Below, one piece after another: positions 1 to 11,960 of a stretch of DNA of 64,000 nt (position 1 is its first letter; each line of letters begins with the position of its first letter). The position numbers were made by a program, and so were the translations under genes. Source of the DNA: Caecitellus pseudoparvulus (taxonomy: Eukaryota > Protista > Bigyra: Bicosoecida); assembly GCA_965644315.1 (NCBI GenBank), contig CBFFRQ010000032.1, positions 248,001-312,000 on the forward strand, given 5' to 3'. The notes under the pieces were generated by a model that did not search any database, was not told the origin of the DNA, and saw only the letters and a list, made by a program, of their open reading frames with translations.

Positions 1-260
1 CAAGCCCTTGTCGCAGGGGCGGTGGTGGTGTGAGCAGCTGGCCGAGCAAGGCCAAAGCGAGCAATCTGCCTGGTTGCGCAAAATACTTCACATACTCTTC
101 TCGATACTTGGTGCGCAGTCTTACAAACTCAGCAGGCCTCCTGTAGCTGGCTATTGCCCTGCCTCTACTTTCCGAGCCCCCCTCTGCGCGTGCTGCACAA
201 ACCAGCAGCAGGCAACACCACGCCGCTGCCGTAACCGCCTTCCACAAGCGCGCCAACACA

Positions 261-2067
261 ATGGCGACTGAAGGCGGCGACCTGACAGCCGTCTCCGAGG
301 CACGCATAGAGCAGGCGGTCCGAGACGATGGCTACTTCCACGCCACCTACCACACCGCGCGGCAAGATTTCCTCGCCGCAGCACAGACCGTGCCACACTG
401 CCGCACACTCAGCCTGCGCATTGGGGAGGAGGAGGACTTGCGGTGAGTGCACTGGGCAGGCCCAGGACGCAGTGCCCAGTAGAAGCACACATTCACCCTT
501 CTTGTCCTGCCTCGTCGCTCCCAGGGGCCCGTTCGGGGAGGAGCTGTGCATCACGCTGGCGATTGTGCGGTCGCCGGACGACGAGGAGGAGCCAGCGCAG
601 CCCTCTGCCGTATTCCTGCACACCAGCGGGCTGCACGGCGTTGAGGGCTATGCGGGCTCAGCCATTCAGATCAAGATGCTGCAGGAGTGGGACTCCCTCG
701 GCCCCAAGCTGTCAGCAGGCCAGCTGCTCGTGGTGGCGCACGCAGTGAACCCGTTCGGCATGGCGTGGCGATCTCGCTTTGACCAGGGGAACAGGGACCT
801 CAACCGCAACGGGCTGAATGTGCGGGGCACTGCGGAGGAAGACAGCGCTCGCTTCGCGGCGTTGAAGGCAGAGGGGAACCCTGACTATGACACCTTCAGC
901 GACGTCATCAACCCGACGACCATCGGCTGCTGCGACTGCTTCCCGCTCCGGGCAGCTTGCCTGCTTGCAGTGCACGGCATGGACCGCATGAAGCGGGCCA
1001 CTGCCACGGGGCAGTACGACAATGCTGCTGGCATTTTCTTTGGCGGCTTCTCCCTCGCTGAGAGCTACACGTCCCTGCTGCAGACGCTCGTGGCTCTGGG
1101 CGTGAACCGCGAGAACCCAAACCTGACCCGCTTCGCTCACGTGGACGTGCACACTGGCCTCGGGCAGCCAGGCGTGGCGTCGCTACTGGCGCCCGCGGGC
1201 CAGCCAGTCGGGCTCATTCGTAGCATTGCCGGCGTCGCGGGGGAGGCCCGGCGCACGCAGGACGGCACTGCCCTTCTCGTGCAAGGCAACAGCACTGCCG
1301 GCGTGGCATACCCCATGCAGGGGACGCTGGTGTGTGCCGTCGCGTCCCTGTTGGGCCCACAACACCCTGCCCTGTTCTCGGGGCTGACTCCGGGCACTGA
1401 AGGGGTGGATGGCTGGGAGGAGTGGGTGCGTGCGGAGGCCGCGGCGGCAGAGCCGACCCAAGCCCCTCTGGAGGGGGTGCCGGGGGCTCCTTCGGGTGCA
1501 GCCTCCACCCCTCCTGCCGAGGACGCCGAGGGGAAGGCAGATCCCCCCCAAGCTTCCCCTGTGGATGATTCGGATGTGACGCCAGTCATGCCGAACCCAG
1601 GGGATGCAGCAGCCGCTGCGCCAGGGGCCAGCGACGCGTCGCCCCCAGCTGCTGTCGAGCCCCCCAGCGCAGGGCAGGCCAAGACGCACGAATCGTCCCC
1701 TGCGAGGCATGTGGAGGGTGCCCCGACTCCCCCGCCTGGCACGCCGGCTGTGAAGCTGTTCTTCGCGCAGGAATTCGGCACCGTGCCGCCGGCGGAAGTG
1801 GTGCAGGCACTGCGCGCCTTGAACTGTGTGACTCGCGGCACACAGGAGCCGCTGCCCATCACGGCGCCTGAGCGCACGGCAGTGTTCAAGGCCTTCTTCG
1901 TCAGCACGCCTGAGTGGAAGGAGGCCATCCTGCGGCAGGGCGTGCAGGCATTCCAGCAGTTCGCGACGGCCACCTTTTCCCACACGGGCGAGGAGGGCCT
2001 GGCGAAGCTCGCCACGGCCATGCAAGCCGCAGACGCGCAAGACGCAGGGCCCGAGGGGTCCTCCTGA
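261..2067 (+). CDS. DUF2817 / M14-like zinc carboxypeptidase family protein (2 exons; intron 443-524)
   Basis: Exon 1 (YFHATYHTARQDFLAAA) splices GTGAGT...CCAG in frame into ORF 328..2067. Motifs TSGLHGVEGYAGSAIQ, HAVNPFGMAW, DLNRN, VDVHTGLG and QEFGT are characteristic of this family. Confidence 0.85.
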
Positions 2068-2136
2068 CGCCCCCGCCTTTCCCTGCAAGTGTGCGCACAT
2101 GAACATGAAATGCATTCTCAGCCCCGCACAGCCGCC

Positions 2137-3913
2137 TCAGCTCTGACCCTGCAGGCGGGGCAGCGTTGTTCCCAGCGCAGCTTCCACAGCGGCCGCCTCA
2201 GAGGGGTGCCCCTCCAAGTACGCGAGGCTGCCCGTACGCCCACGCGACAGCCATTCCTTCACCGCCGATGCACGTCGGGGGGGCGGCGCGTCGTCTGCCG
2301 TGGGTGCCCCTGGCGCTGTGGCTGTCGGTTTCGCGGTCGCCTTGCTTGGGTTGCGCGGTTGTTCCTCAAGGGAGAGCAGGAACGCGCCCAGCGCGCCAAA
2401 GTACCCCTCGTGCCGCAAGAACAGCGCCTCCATGGCCCCTTGAGACCAGAAGTGGATGGCAAACGCCAGGCGGCGCATGGCAATGGTGTTGTCGTGCCGC
2501 AGGAAGTTCCCCGCAAACACGACACGCTGCACGCGGTGCTGCTGAGCGCACAAGAACGCCAGCTGGCCGATGTTGTTGGACAGCATGATGAGCAGCGCTC
2601 GTGAGACGTCTGCAGCAGCGGCACCCGCCCGCACCGGCCCAGTGCATGTTTGCCGTGCGTGCGTTTGTGCGCGCACAGTGCGCATGACTGAGCCGAAGGA
2701 GGCTGCTAGCGTGCTGGCCTTCAGGCCAACCTGGGCGTAGTCCCCGCCATAGATGTCCCCCACCGTCAAATCAACGGTGGTGTTGTCGCCCCGCTCAGCC
2801 AACTCCAGCATCTCGCCAAACGAGGTCAGGCCTGTCGCCAGGTGGCACAGTCCGTAAAATGTGCCGCCTCCCAGCGACGTGCCGCTCACGCGCTCCCAAC
2901 GGGTGGACGAGTGCACCAGCATGAGGGAGACACCGGAGCCGACGTTGACCAGTAAGTACGGGTAGTTCTCACCCTGCACCAGGCGCGGCTCGCGCGTGGG
3001 GGGCCCGCCGCCCGGCTGCGACGTCGGCGCGAAAGTGTAGCACTCGTCCGGCACGTGGTCCACGAGGAAGGCCATGCCGGCGACAATGGTGCCCAGCTCG
3101 TCCTGTGGGCACAGACGCATGCCTGTGTGCTGCATCATGGCGTCAGCATACTTGTGCGCGCCGCCCCCAGTGCACGGTCTGCGAGGGAGAGGGCCTCGAG
3201 CGGTGCTGCCTGCGGCAGGCTGCGCCAGGCACGCTGCACGCACATGTCCCGCATGCCGTGCCCCACCCCCAACGCCGCAATCATGTCCAGCGCGCCTTCC
3301 ATTCGCTGTGTTTCAAACCGCACAAAGTGAAAGGTGCCTCCCAGCGCCTCCGACCGGAAGGACAGCTCGTCATCGCGAACGCCTGCGGCAGCGCCAAGAA
3401 GCAGTGGTGAATCGCGCACTGCACAGCAAGCAGCCGACCTTCCCCTGCACCGATGTGCTCACCTGTCGCCCCATACGTCTTTGATTTGCGGATGAAGGAG
3501 CTGACACGCTTGGCTGCGTCCAAGTGCGCCCGGGAGCCTTCGCTGTGAAGGTGCGGCGTGGTGAAACGTGTGCGAAACGCGCTGCGGTCGCGCAGGCACT
3601 GGACGGCGCTTCCTTCGCACCTGCAACGCAACACCACCTCTGAACTGGCATCAGGCTCAAAGAACACTACCTTGGCGAGGCTGCCGCCGATGTCCATGCC
3701 CACGAAGCGCCCCGCGTCCACAAGGCTGCGCAACCCAGCGTACAACTGGTCCAAGCTGCTGGTTGGTTGAGCAGGCGCCACACAGTTTGAGGACCCAGCT
3801 CGCCGACGAAGGGCCCATGCTACTGCCGCCGCACCAAGGCCAAGACCCGCTGCCCAAGCCCACCCTGCACCGGAGCAGCGCCGCTTGGCTTCGGCAGGGG
3901 GCGCTGCAGGCAT
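2137..3913 (-). CDS. PANK: Type II pantothenate kinase (Fumble family), multi-exon
   Basis: Motifs GMDIGGSLAKVVFF, TGGGAHKY, YPYLLVNVGSGVS, GTSLGGGTFYGL, VDLTVGDIYGGDY and FLRHEGYFGALGA lie across ORFs 3281..4129, 3135..3419 and 2137..3243, joined by GT-AG introns. Likely ATG at 3913. Confidence 0.93.
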
Positions 3914-4742
3914 GCTGCCGGCGCCGTGGTGGGGAGGTGGGTGTGGGTGGCTGTCTGCCGCCGCAGTGTGCACAAGGCTGTGGCAGCGTCGCAACTTGGA
4001 TGGTTTATGGGGTGTGGTGTGGATCGCCAAACGGCCACCCCAAGGAACAAGGCGGGGGAGACGATGTGCAGTGAGGCATCCAGTGGCTAGCCTTCGGTGG
4101 CGAAGTGTGAGGCGGCAAAGTGTGGCCATGTGAAGTGCTCTTGGAGCGGCAGTGTTGCCAAGTGCAGTGCACTTGCGGCCAATAACCGGACCTTTCAGCG
4201 TTCAAGCTGCAGAGGAGTGCGTGACTCAAACATTCACACCTCCACTGGGCGTCTGAAAGACAACTGCTGTCTTTGGCACAGGTAAACGTGCTCACAGACA
4301 CTCAGCCCTCGCTTTGCGTGGCTGCTGTGCCGGCTCTGCGCACCTTCTTCCCTCATCAGGCGGGACGCTGCCCAACGTGCCCACGACGCTGCTACCTGTC
4401 GTGACTCTTTGAAGGTACACAAGTGTTTATCCTTACGGAGTCCCGTGCCCCAGGCCTGTCTGTGGAGCGTGGGATTTCCTGTCGGTCGGTGGGTGGTGAG
4501 AGACCACGAAACGCCGCTGTGCGCCACGTCCACACCTCGCGTGGCGCACCCTGCAGGGTCAAGTGCAGCCACAGGCCCGGGAGCCTGTGAGTCTCCTGCT
4601 TCGCTGCCTGCGTTTGCACGCTGGCGTGGCGGCCAGCCGAACGCTCAGCTTGTGAGGAGCTGCGTTGGCTGGTGGATGATCACCCCGCCGCGCAACCACA
4701 CAGGTGCACGCATCCCTTGAACGACGCCCTCTCCAGCCAGAC

Positions 4743-7700
4743 ATGATGCCCCAGGTCATGGTGCGTGTCCAACCACCGCTCTGTCGAGCCGGGGTGGCTT
4801 GTCGGCGCCTCGTGTGATGGCTCTCAGCGGAAACTGAGCGCCACAAACAGCAGCAATTTCCGCTCCGCCTCACGGCTCCCTGGCTTGTCATCGATGGCCT
4901 TGCTGCGATTGTCTGATGACGACTGCATGCTCTGTGCTGTGCATTGGTTTTCGTCCTCGCATGATCACGCGTCGTCGCCCTGCCGTAGCGCACGGCGTTG
5001 ACTGTAGCCCTTCCCGCTTCTCACCAGGACTTGCCTCCAAGCACGTGCTCTTTTCGTGCTTCTCAGGCTACCTACGGCATGAACCCTGGCCCAGCCTTCG
5101 TTGAGACCAGTGTCCATGACGGCTTTGGTGCACTGCTGGGCCGCCACGGCCCCACAGCGGCCCAGGCAAGCTTGGCTCAGCACACCTTCGGCGTGAGCCA
5201 AGGCATGCAGCAGGGCGTGTCACAGGTGCGTCTGCTGTCCCCGGAAGAGCGCAGCGTCACGTCAGTGCTCAGTAAAGCGCACTTTGACGCGTTTGCTCGC
5301 GCAAGTTTCTGCGTCCCACGCCCCTGTGCGCCTGCGAGTGCTCCAAAGCAAGCCGGCAAACTCCGCCTGCTTCGATTCACAGGGCGTGGTGTTTACGTCG
5401 ACAGGGCCTGTGGCACACATGCAGCACAGCAGCTCCTCCATTCTGAGCGTGCGGTCGTCGTCCCCCTCCTCTGCGAGGGCTGAGTCTGTCCTCTCCTGCG
5501 CCCTTAGCGCCGACGTTCAGGCGCAGCAAGGCTGGGAAACTGCTTCCGCGTCAAAACGCCGACGCAAAGGGTCTGGCGCAAGACCGCCCCACGCAGTTGC
5601 TGCAGACATGCAGGCACATGGCCGAGCATTGCACCAACCCATGCCTTCCCCTGTGCGCCTGGAAGGGAAGCCTGCGCATTGCGTGCTGCCCGGCGGAGGC
5701 AGAGTGTGCCTGCGCCTGAGAGGCGTGCTGGTGGGCTTCGCAGGGGCCCCCTCACAGCCCCAGCCCTTGCGCCTGCTGCACAGTGGATACCTCAGTGCGG
5801 GGAACCCAGAGGTGTCTGTTGCCGGGGTCAAGCCCCGTGGTGGGGGTGCGCCACTGCCAGGACAGCTGCCGAGGCCTGTGCGGTTGACTCCCCGGGCGCA
5901 GGCTCGTTCGGCGCTGGTGCCTGGCGCGCTGGCCAGACACCACTCCGCACCTGTCCAGCCGGCCTTCACAGTGGACGTGCCCAGCCAAGCCCTGGGCAGG
6001 ATGCACGCGCCGCTGCCGCCGACCACCCTACCCGTGGCCGGCATGGGGCACTACCTGGGTGCTCACGATGCATTCGGCACGCAGGTGCCTGCACAGGACT
6101 TCAGCGGGGACGCACACTGCATGGAGGCTGTGCTGAACGCGCAGCCCGAGGCCACCCGCCGCCGGCGCGCGGCATCGGCCCAAATGGACGAATCGGATGA
6201 TGACGGCGCCTGCTCTGAGGACGCCTTCGACAGCTGCAGCTGGGACACAGAGGAGGGCGCCCCCGCCGCCCAGCCCCACGTCCCAGCCCCCACTGGCCTG
6301 CGCATTGACCTGCCCGGCGCCACCTCCGCGCGGCGGCATGGCGCAGGCGGTGTCACGGTGACCCCCCCTGGCACGCCGGTGCTCCCCACAGGGCACGGGG
6401 GAGCCCGGGTGGTCACGCCGCGCTCCTCAGCGCTGGGCTCCCACAGTGCACCCCCCAGCCCCACTGGTGCCAGCAGCGACACTGGGCCGCTCAGTGCCTC
6501 CGGCATGCCGACGCTGACCGTCACCACGGCCGGCGCCGGGTCCGTCGCGCTGGCCCTGCCGTCAGCCTCTGGCACGTCAGGCCAGGGGGGCTTCTCGCCT
6601 CAGCGGTCGCTGCCTGTGTCTCCCCTCGCGCGCACCAAGCCCTCCTTTGGCCTGCTGGGGGACGACGAGGACGGCGAAGGCGACGGCGCCATGCGCACTC
6701 GGCGCCGCTCCCTCAGTCTGTCTGCCAAGGCCTCCGCCCTGCGGCCCCACACCGCCCTGAGCGCCGCGCCAGGACGGCGCACCCTGGGGCGCTCCCGGGC
6801 TCACTCGGACGGGCGCCTGCCCACGACGCCCATCGTGGGGGGGGGGCGCGCCGGCAGCCCGTGTCCGTGGGATGACACCCCGGACCCCAGTGCCGGCTTG
6901 CTGGTGGAGCAGGCCCCCCAGCCAACGCCCATCGTGACGATGCTGGGCAGTCACGCGGGAGACCAGCAAGCGGCAGTGGGCTTCTTCCCCCCCAATGCCG
7001 GCCCGCACACGCCCCCCTCAGCCCTGGACATCCTCCGACCGGACCCCATTGCTCGGCACGACGTGCAAGTGCGCCAGCGACAACCCAAGGCAGCGCAGAT
7101 GGGGGCACCCCCCACCCCCCTGCCCCCTGCAGCACAGTCCATCGCCCCTCTCAAGGTGCACTCGGTGCCGCCTGACGCAGTGCCTGTCCACCGGGCCCAC
7201 GGCGTGCAGCGCCGGGGGGCGTCGGGGCGCTCCCTGTCCTCAGACCCAGAGGTCCCCGTCCCGCTGCAGCCAGCCTCCCCCGCCGCCCGCCATGCGCGGG
7301 CACAGGCTGCTGTGCCTGTGTGTGGCGTGCGGCCCAAGGCACGCCCAGGCATGGGGCATGGCGCCTACGCCATCCCCGCACACGCCCTGAGCAGGTCCCG
7401 GTCGGCGGGCGTGAGCGTTGGCGGCACAGCGCACAGGGCAACGCCCGGCGTGCCCACACCGCCTCCCGTCGTGGCAGGGGTTCAACTGGCAGGGGCTGCT
7501 GTGCCACCCCAGGCAGGCGGGGGTGGGGGGCCCTTCCTGCACGCATCTCCCACTACCTCTGTCGGCATGCCCGTGCAGCTGTCCCCGCCTGGAGGCATGC
7601 CGCACCCCGCAGCGGCTGGTGCGGGGGGAGGGCTGTCTGGCTTCGCTGCCACCACGGTCGTGTCCTTCCCCCACGTGCAGCTGGGCCGCCCTCCGCCGCC

Positions 7701-8010
7701 CCTCCGCAGCCACGACGCCAGCGGGCAGGGCAGCCCTCGAGGGGGGGAGCGACGAGCTGCCTGGAGCGCTGAGCCAGGCAACGCCCGGCTCAGCGACGGA
7801 GTGCCCCTGCAGTCACCCGGCACGGACGCGCTGGCTTTCGAAGCGTCCCATGGCCTGCTGGGGCAGGCTTCGTACCAGGGACATGTGACGGATGATGACT
7901 TCTTCATGGCGCTGACAGGGGACCAGGGACACCTCATGTCCTTTGGTCCAGATGACATGCACGCCGGCCACAGCGGCGCGAACGCCGCCGAGCAGTTCCT
8001 GGCCCACTAG
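4743..8010 (+). CDS. Hypothetical, largely disordered Pro/Ser/Ala-rich protein, multi-exon
   Basis: Long ORF 5284..8010. Phase-0 compatible splicing gives 4743-4760 (MMPQVM), 5067-5225, then 5383 onward. It has a basic NLS-like SKRRRK and an acidic/aromatic C-terminus (DDDFFMAL). No domain recognised. Confidence 0.6.
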
Positions 8011-8155
8011 ACCCCACCGCCCTCCGCCCTGATTGAGTGACGTGTGCACCCCCTCGCTTCGTGAGTCCCCGAGCCGGCAAGGTTTGTTAGACTGTGTATT
8101 GTGTTACCGTGCAGACTTCCCTTGCTCGCTCCGTGCGTACCAATGCATCGCTGTT

Positions 8156-8936
8156 TCAGCCCAGCACAGTTTCCCCCACAGCCAGCAGCTCCACATCAAA
8201 GGTGACTGCTTCGCCAGCAGCCACGAGCGGTGGTAGGCCGGCGCTCCCGAAAGCGAAGTCGCAAGGCACCTTTACCAAGGCCCTCTCACCCAGAGACATC
8301 TTCGGCAGAGCGGCATCCAGCCCTGTGGGGAAAGGGTGGGAACAATGTTCGGGCACGCAGACTGCATCTGTCAGGGACGGCACCGCACCGTCGACAAGTT
8401 GCCCCACTCCCACGCGCACAAGCTCCGGCTGACGACGATGCCGGGTGCTGTCAATGGGCTCCTTGCGGCCACCAACCTGCGCCGGCAGCCAGAGGAGCAC
8501 AAGCCATGCGCCTGCAGAGGAAAGCGTGACGACTGCGGCCTGAGCTGCACGCACAAACGCCTCGTAGTGTACTCGACACGTGCTGTCATGCCATGGAAAA
8601 GTTTTCCCGTCACTGTGCGAGCATTTGGTTGGGCGTCAGTGTCATTATGCAGGCCTGGGTCGGCGTTCCCCTTGCTCAGAGCCGATCGCAGGAAGTCAGC
8701 ACTCACCCCTCCTTCAACACGGTGACTTCCACGTCCTTTCCTAGAATGGGCACGCGCTGTGAATCGCTGATCCGCACAACACCTGCCGGCTTTCTGTCTG
8801 CCTTGCGCTTCGCAGAGCCGCTCAGCTCCTCTGCCAGAGCCGCCACTTCCACAGACGGGCCGACTGTGCGCTTGGCTGCGGAGTCAACGGTGGGCTCAGC
8901 ACCGCTTCCGCCGCTGCCTGACGCTGCCGCAGCCAT
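8156..8936 (-). CDS. FKBP-type peptidyl-prolyl isomerase domain protein (4 exons)
   Basis: Spliced product VLKEG-DGKTFP...CRVHYE...IDST...GQLVDGLDAALPKMSLGERALVKVPCDFAFG...VTFDVELL matches the FKBP12 fold pattern. Confidence 0.88.
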
Positions 8937-9261
8937 CTTCCACAGGAAAAGCGCAGAAAGGCACAGATAAAGTACCCTGTTTGGGAGGTTGCAAGCTCCA
9001 CTGAGCTGGCCGTGCCCGCGCGCGCCCACAGCAGGAGCAGAGGACACTCTTGAGCGTTGCCAACACAGGCGTTGACTTGCTTGCACCTCTCTCCGAGCAA
9101 TGTAAGGATCTAGGCAAAAGAAAACCACCCATACAGACCTCGTGGCCTCCCCTTATGTTGAGCACAGCTCTTGATTCTGCCACTTGCCGCGCTGTGTCAC
9201 GTGCGCCACGAGCGCGTTGGGTGTCAAGCCAGCCAGAAACGCACGCGAAACGCGACGAGCT

Positions 9262-10496
9262 ATGAGCCACCTTCCAGGAGCCTGGGGATCCTTCACAGAC
9301 CAATCTTTCTCCTACTCTGGAACCTCTGCACGTAGACTTTCTCCGCGGGTTGAACCGGAGTTCGCAGCGGACCCATGCGGACAAGCAGCGCGTCCGGACG
9401 TCGTGGCGCCACGCCTGCAGCCAGTGCAGCTGGTGCACGATCCGTCTGGGCTCTTCGGATCTGCCAAGCCAAGCACAGCACCAGCACAGCCCGCGCAGCT
9501 ATCAGGTGGGCCAGATGCGCTGCGCAGCAGACCTCAACGTCGCAAGGCTCCAGGGGGGTTGAGGCACACTCCGCGCAAGGCTGCTCCCAGCACGAAGCCG
9601 GTCACGGCACTGGCAGCAAAGCTGGCTGCAGCGACGGCAGCGGCCGAAGAGGTCACACGTGCCATGGCTGGTGAGGAAGCAGTCGTGGCTTTCGCCGAGG
9701 CCAGGCCGGTTCTGAGTCTGCCCACGCTGTGCATGGTGGTCGGCACGGCCAAGAGGTGAGGCCACTGTGCCGCGCCGAGCTGCCCGCAGGACACAGCGCA
9801 CTGCTCTTGCCCCCCCTCCCTGCGCACAGCACGCACCCATCCCCCATTCGTTTCTACGGGGACCGGGCGGAGTACCTCTTCCAGCACCCCTCACAGCCGA
9901 AGCAGGTCAAGATGGTCATGTGGTACGCGGACATGACGGACTTCACCTCGCCAGCGCCGGGGTCAACCGCCAACGCAGCAGCGCCAGTGCACATGGGAGC
10001 GTCGGGCCTACCTTGGCTCACGTTCCGCATCCCACACCGCCTGCGCGAGTTTAAAGGGGACTACGACCCCACCAACGCAGCACACTGCCTGGCAGTGCAG
10101 CTGGCAACGCCGGGGGGCGTGCGTCTGCTGTGGGACAGTGTGCTGGAGGCAGGACTCTTGCCGCCGCACAGCCTGAGCCCAGGCACCTCGGCTGCCCTGG
10201 GGCGCAAGCAGTCCCATCGTGGGCGCTCGCTCCGCGTGTCCCCCGCCACAAAAGCGCCGCAGCAGCCGCCCCTCAGCCCCCTCGTGCAACCCAACAAACG
10301 GGCGGACCTGCACGAACCGAAGCGGGGCCGCGGTTCGCGGCGCCTGCAGCGTGGCAGACAGCGCCCCGGTAGCCGTACTGCGGGGACGCGAGTGTACGGG
10401 CGGCGGAATACGAGCGGTATGAAGTTCGGAACGCTGCTGGATTCCCTGGATGCGTTGCTGCCTGATCTGCCCCGCCGCGGGGCTGGGCAGAAGTGA
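9262..10496 (+). CDS. Hypothetical protein (2 exons; intron 9756-9829)
   Basis: ORFs 9184..9759 and 9729..10496 join in frame through GTGAGG...CACAG. The central segment (SPIRFYGDRAEYLFQHP...VKMVMWYADM) looks globular. Confidence 0.65.
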
Positions 10497-10780
10497 TGCG
10501 GCGGGTGCCCTCCGCGCAAGGCGTGCGCACTGCATCTGCCACCCCAGGCCGATCATACATTCGAATGCAAGTCATCGCTTAGACAGTGCGCTCGCACGCC
10601 TGCCCGCTCGCCTGCCCCACAAGCCGAAGTGGCGACGTGCCAGCTCACGCCACACCCCGAACCGCAACGTTGCCTCGACCAGGCGCCTTGGCAGCCAACG
10701 CCAGCGAAAGCAGCAGCTGCAGCACGTTCCGAAAGGGGTTCCTTGTGCTCTTGTGTGGCTGCATTTGTGCTTGCTGTGCC

Positions 10781-11852
10781 ATGCTTGGCAGGCTGTCAGC
10801 TGCAGCCCCCTGGACAGCAGCTGCTCGGCGGGGTGGACTGCGTGCTGGTCTCGCCTCCCTGACTTCAGCAGGCGCCCCTGTGCATGGTGGGGACACCTTG
10901 TTCGCTGGAGACCAGATCATGCCTGAGGCTGATGCGCGCTCGGGGCTCGCAGTGTCCCGCATCATCTTCCTTCGCCATGGCGAGGTGAGCTGGGAGCGCA
11001 CCGATTTCCGCAGTTGCAAACGGCAATCCAGGCAGCACCCACCACCGGCAACACTCTCCTTCACAGAGCGAAGGGAATGTGGATGAGGAGGCATATGTTC
11101 ACAACGCCGACTGGCGCATTCGCCTGACAGAGCGAGGCCGCCAGCAGGCCAGGGCCGCCGGCAAAGCCGTCATGGAGCTGATCGGCCCTGAGGCCAACCT
11201 GCACGTGTACGTGTCCCCCTACGCCCGCACCCGGGAGACATTGGCGCACATGTTAGAGTCTGTGCCAGAGGAGCGCGTCGTGCGCCTGCGTGAGGACCCG
11301 CGCATTTCGGAGCAGCAGTTTGGCAACTTTCAAAACGTCGCTGAAGTGCAGCAAGCGAAGCGTGAGCGGGCCACCTTCGGCAGGTTCTACTACCGCTTCC
11401 CGAATGGCGAGTCAGGCCTGGACGTGTATGCACGGGTGTCTTCATTCGTGTCCACCCTGTTTCGTGACCATGGCTTCGCGCGCACGCGCCGAGCGGCAAC
11501 TGCGTCGGAAGCCGCCACCGACACGGAAGCCTGGCGCAAGGACACGGTGCTGGTGGTGACCCACGGCCTCACCCTGCGCCTTCTGCTCATGCGCTACTTC
11601 CAATGGAGTGTGCGGGCTTTCGAGCAAACCAGCAACCCTGACAATGCCCAGCTGGTGGTGCTGGAGCGCCAGCCGGGTGTGGAGGAGAGCACGCCGGGGC
11701 ACTTCACGCTGGTGCGGGATGCGGGCATCCTGGCCCATGTGCCGCACTGCAATTGGGAGGCAGAGGGCAGTGGACGCCTGCGCCTCCGAGATGCGCCGTC
11801 CACCCGTGACTCCTGCGTTTCAGCTGGACTGCCCCCGGACGAGCAGACGTGA
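10781..11852 (+). CDS. Histidine phosphatase superfamily / phosphoglycerate mutase-like protein (DET1/At74 type), possible mitochondrial presequence; intron 10985-11066
   Basis: RIIFLRHGE|SEGNVD catalytic motif across the intron, plus VSPYARTRET, REDPRISEQQFGNFQ, FYYRFPNGES and LVVTHG. The N-terminus from ATG 10781 is Arg/Ala/Leu-rich. Confidence 0.9.
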
Positions 11853-11960
11853 GCGGCGAACCTGTCCATGAGCACAGGCTCCACGCTGCTAGTCCCTGCT
11901 GTGGTTCGCAGTCGTGGCGGCGCACTTGGGGATCCGCACGGTGCGATGTAGTTGGAGGAG

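Noticed and set aside
4810-4922. Possible box C/D snoRNA (GTGATGG...CTGA) in the 4761-5066 intron
   Set aside because: Box C is imperfect, the terminal stem is only about 4 bp, and I recognise no rRNA-complementary guide. A snoscan or Rfam hit would be needed.
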